From assembly GCA_965645245.1 (NCBI GenBank), contig OZ287085.1, forward strand, positions 1-64,000: 64,000 nucleotides of DNA. The letters run 5' to 3'. Positions 63,190-64,000 of this stretch are shown here, in pieces; the stretch's first letter is position 1; each line of letters starts with the position of its first letter. Source of the DNA: Massalongia carnosa (Eukaryota). The position numbers and the translations under genes were made by a program. The notes under the pieces are model-generated. The model ran no database searches and had not been told where the DNA came from. It saw only the letters and a list, made by a program, of their open reading frames with translations.

Positions 63190-64000
63190 AAATTGCTGGG
63201 TCTAGAGGATGAAAAGACATTGGAAAGTATGGCTATGCTAGCCACGGCATACAGCAATGGAGGGCGACGAAAGGAGGCAGAAAAGCTGGAGGTGCAAGTG
63301 ATGAAGACGAGAAAGAGGGTGCTAGGGACGGAGCATCCTTCCACGCTGATCAGCATGGGCAACCTTGCATCGACGTATTGGAAGCAAGGACGCTGGACGG
63401 AGGCCGAAGAGCTGGAGGTGCAAGTGATGGAGACGAGAAAGAGGGTGCTAGGGACGGAGCATCCAGACACGCTGACCAGCATGGGCAACCTTGCGTCGAC
63501 GTACGGGAATCAAGGACGATGGACGGAGGCCGAAGAGCTGGAGGTGCAAGTGCTGGAGACGAGAAAGAGGGTGCTAGGGACGGAGCATCCAGACACGCTG
63601 GCCAGCATGAACAACCTTGCGTTGACGTATTGGAATCAAGGACAATGGACGGAGGCCGAAGAGCTGGGGGTGCAAGTGATGAAGACGAGAAAGAGGGTGC
63701 TAGGGACGGAGCATCCAGACACGCTGACCAGCATGGGCAACCTTGCGTCGACGTATTGGAATCAAGGACGATGGACGGAGGCCAAAGAGCTGGAGGTGCA
63801 AGTGATGGAGACGAGTGCGAGGTTGCTAGGGACGGAGCATCCTTCCACGCTGACCAGCATGAGCAACCTTGCGTCGACGTACGGGAATCAAGGACGATGG
63901 ACGGAGGCCGAAGAGCTGGAGGTGCAAGTGATGAAGACGAGAAAGAGGGTGCTAGGGACGGAGCATCCTTCCACGCTGACCAGCATGAACAACCTTGCGT
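63190..64000 (+). repeat. Highly conserved 126-bp TPR repeat array of the NLR
   Basis: GGGACGGAGCATCC recurs every 126 nt. Unit ~LGTEHP[SD]TL[ITA]SM[GNS]NLASTY[WG]NQGRWTEAEELEVQVM[EK]TRKRV. Confidence 0.93.

Larger units (their letters stand above)
61012..64000 (+). pseudogene. Fungal NLR (short N-terminal motif, NB-ARC, TPR repeats), interrupted by a solo LTR, runs off the window
   Basis: Exons 61012-61120, 61171-61203, 61270-61302/61724-61841 and 61890 onward. ERPDTPPSPSS|TVPFRRDSDFVDR; Walker A GLGGVGKS split by an intron; Walker B WALVLDNADE; GSILVTTR; MPLAIVQAAAYI; 42-aa TPRs. Confidence 0.9.

Overview
The window has two unrelated parts. Bases 1-4701 are the 3' part of a GC-rich, intron-less, bacterial-type giant surface-protein gene (repeated Ig-like modules, IPT/TIG, malectin-like). 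It is cut off by 25 CCCTAA telomere repeats (4702-4855), most likely a chimeric join. Bases 4702-64000 look like the left end of a filamentous-ascomycete chromosome, a dense nest of mostly decayed transposons: two Tad-like LINE fragments, four Ty3/Gypsy remnants, solo LTRs, a self-priming TRIM, three Ty1/Copia elements, tyrosine-recombinase (DIRS/Ngaro-type) retroelements including an inverted pair, two Tc1/mariner elements (one with a second gene), a pogo remnant and a MITE. The only host genes I can support are at the right end, a divergent pair. One is a SesB-like alpha/beta-hydrolase effector and the other an NB-ARC/TPR NLR. After removing the TE insertions by hand, the NLR N-terminus and the hidden last exon of the effector share a short motif (K[YF]x3Ix2N[KR]Gx[VI][VI]G). 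This suggests an amyloid-signalling immune module with a non-canonical PP/RHIM-like motif, now broken by transposons. All calls come from reading the sequence by hand; no database searches were run.
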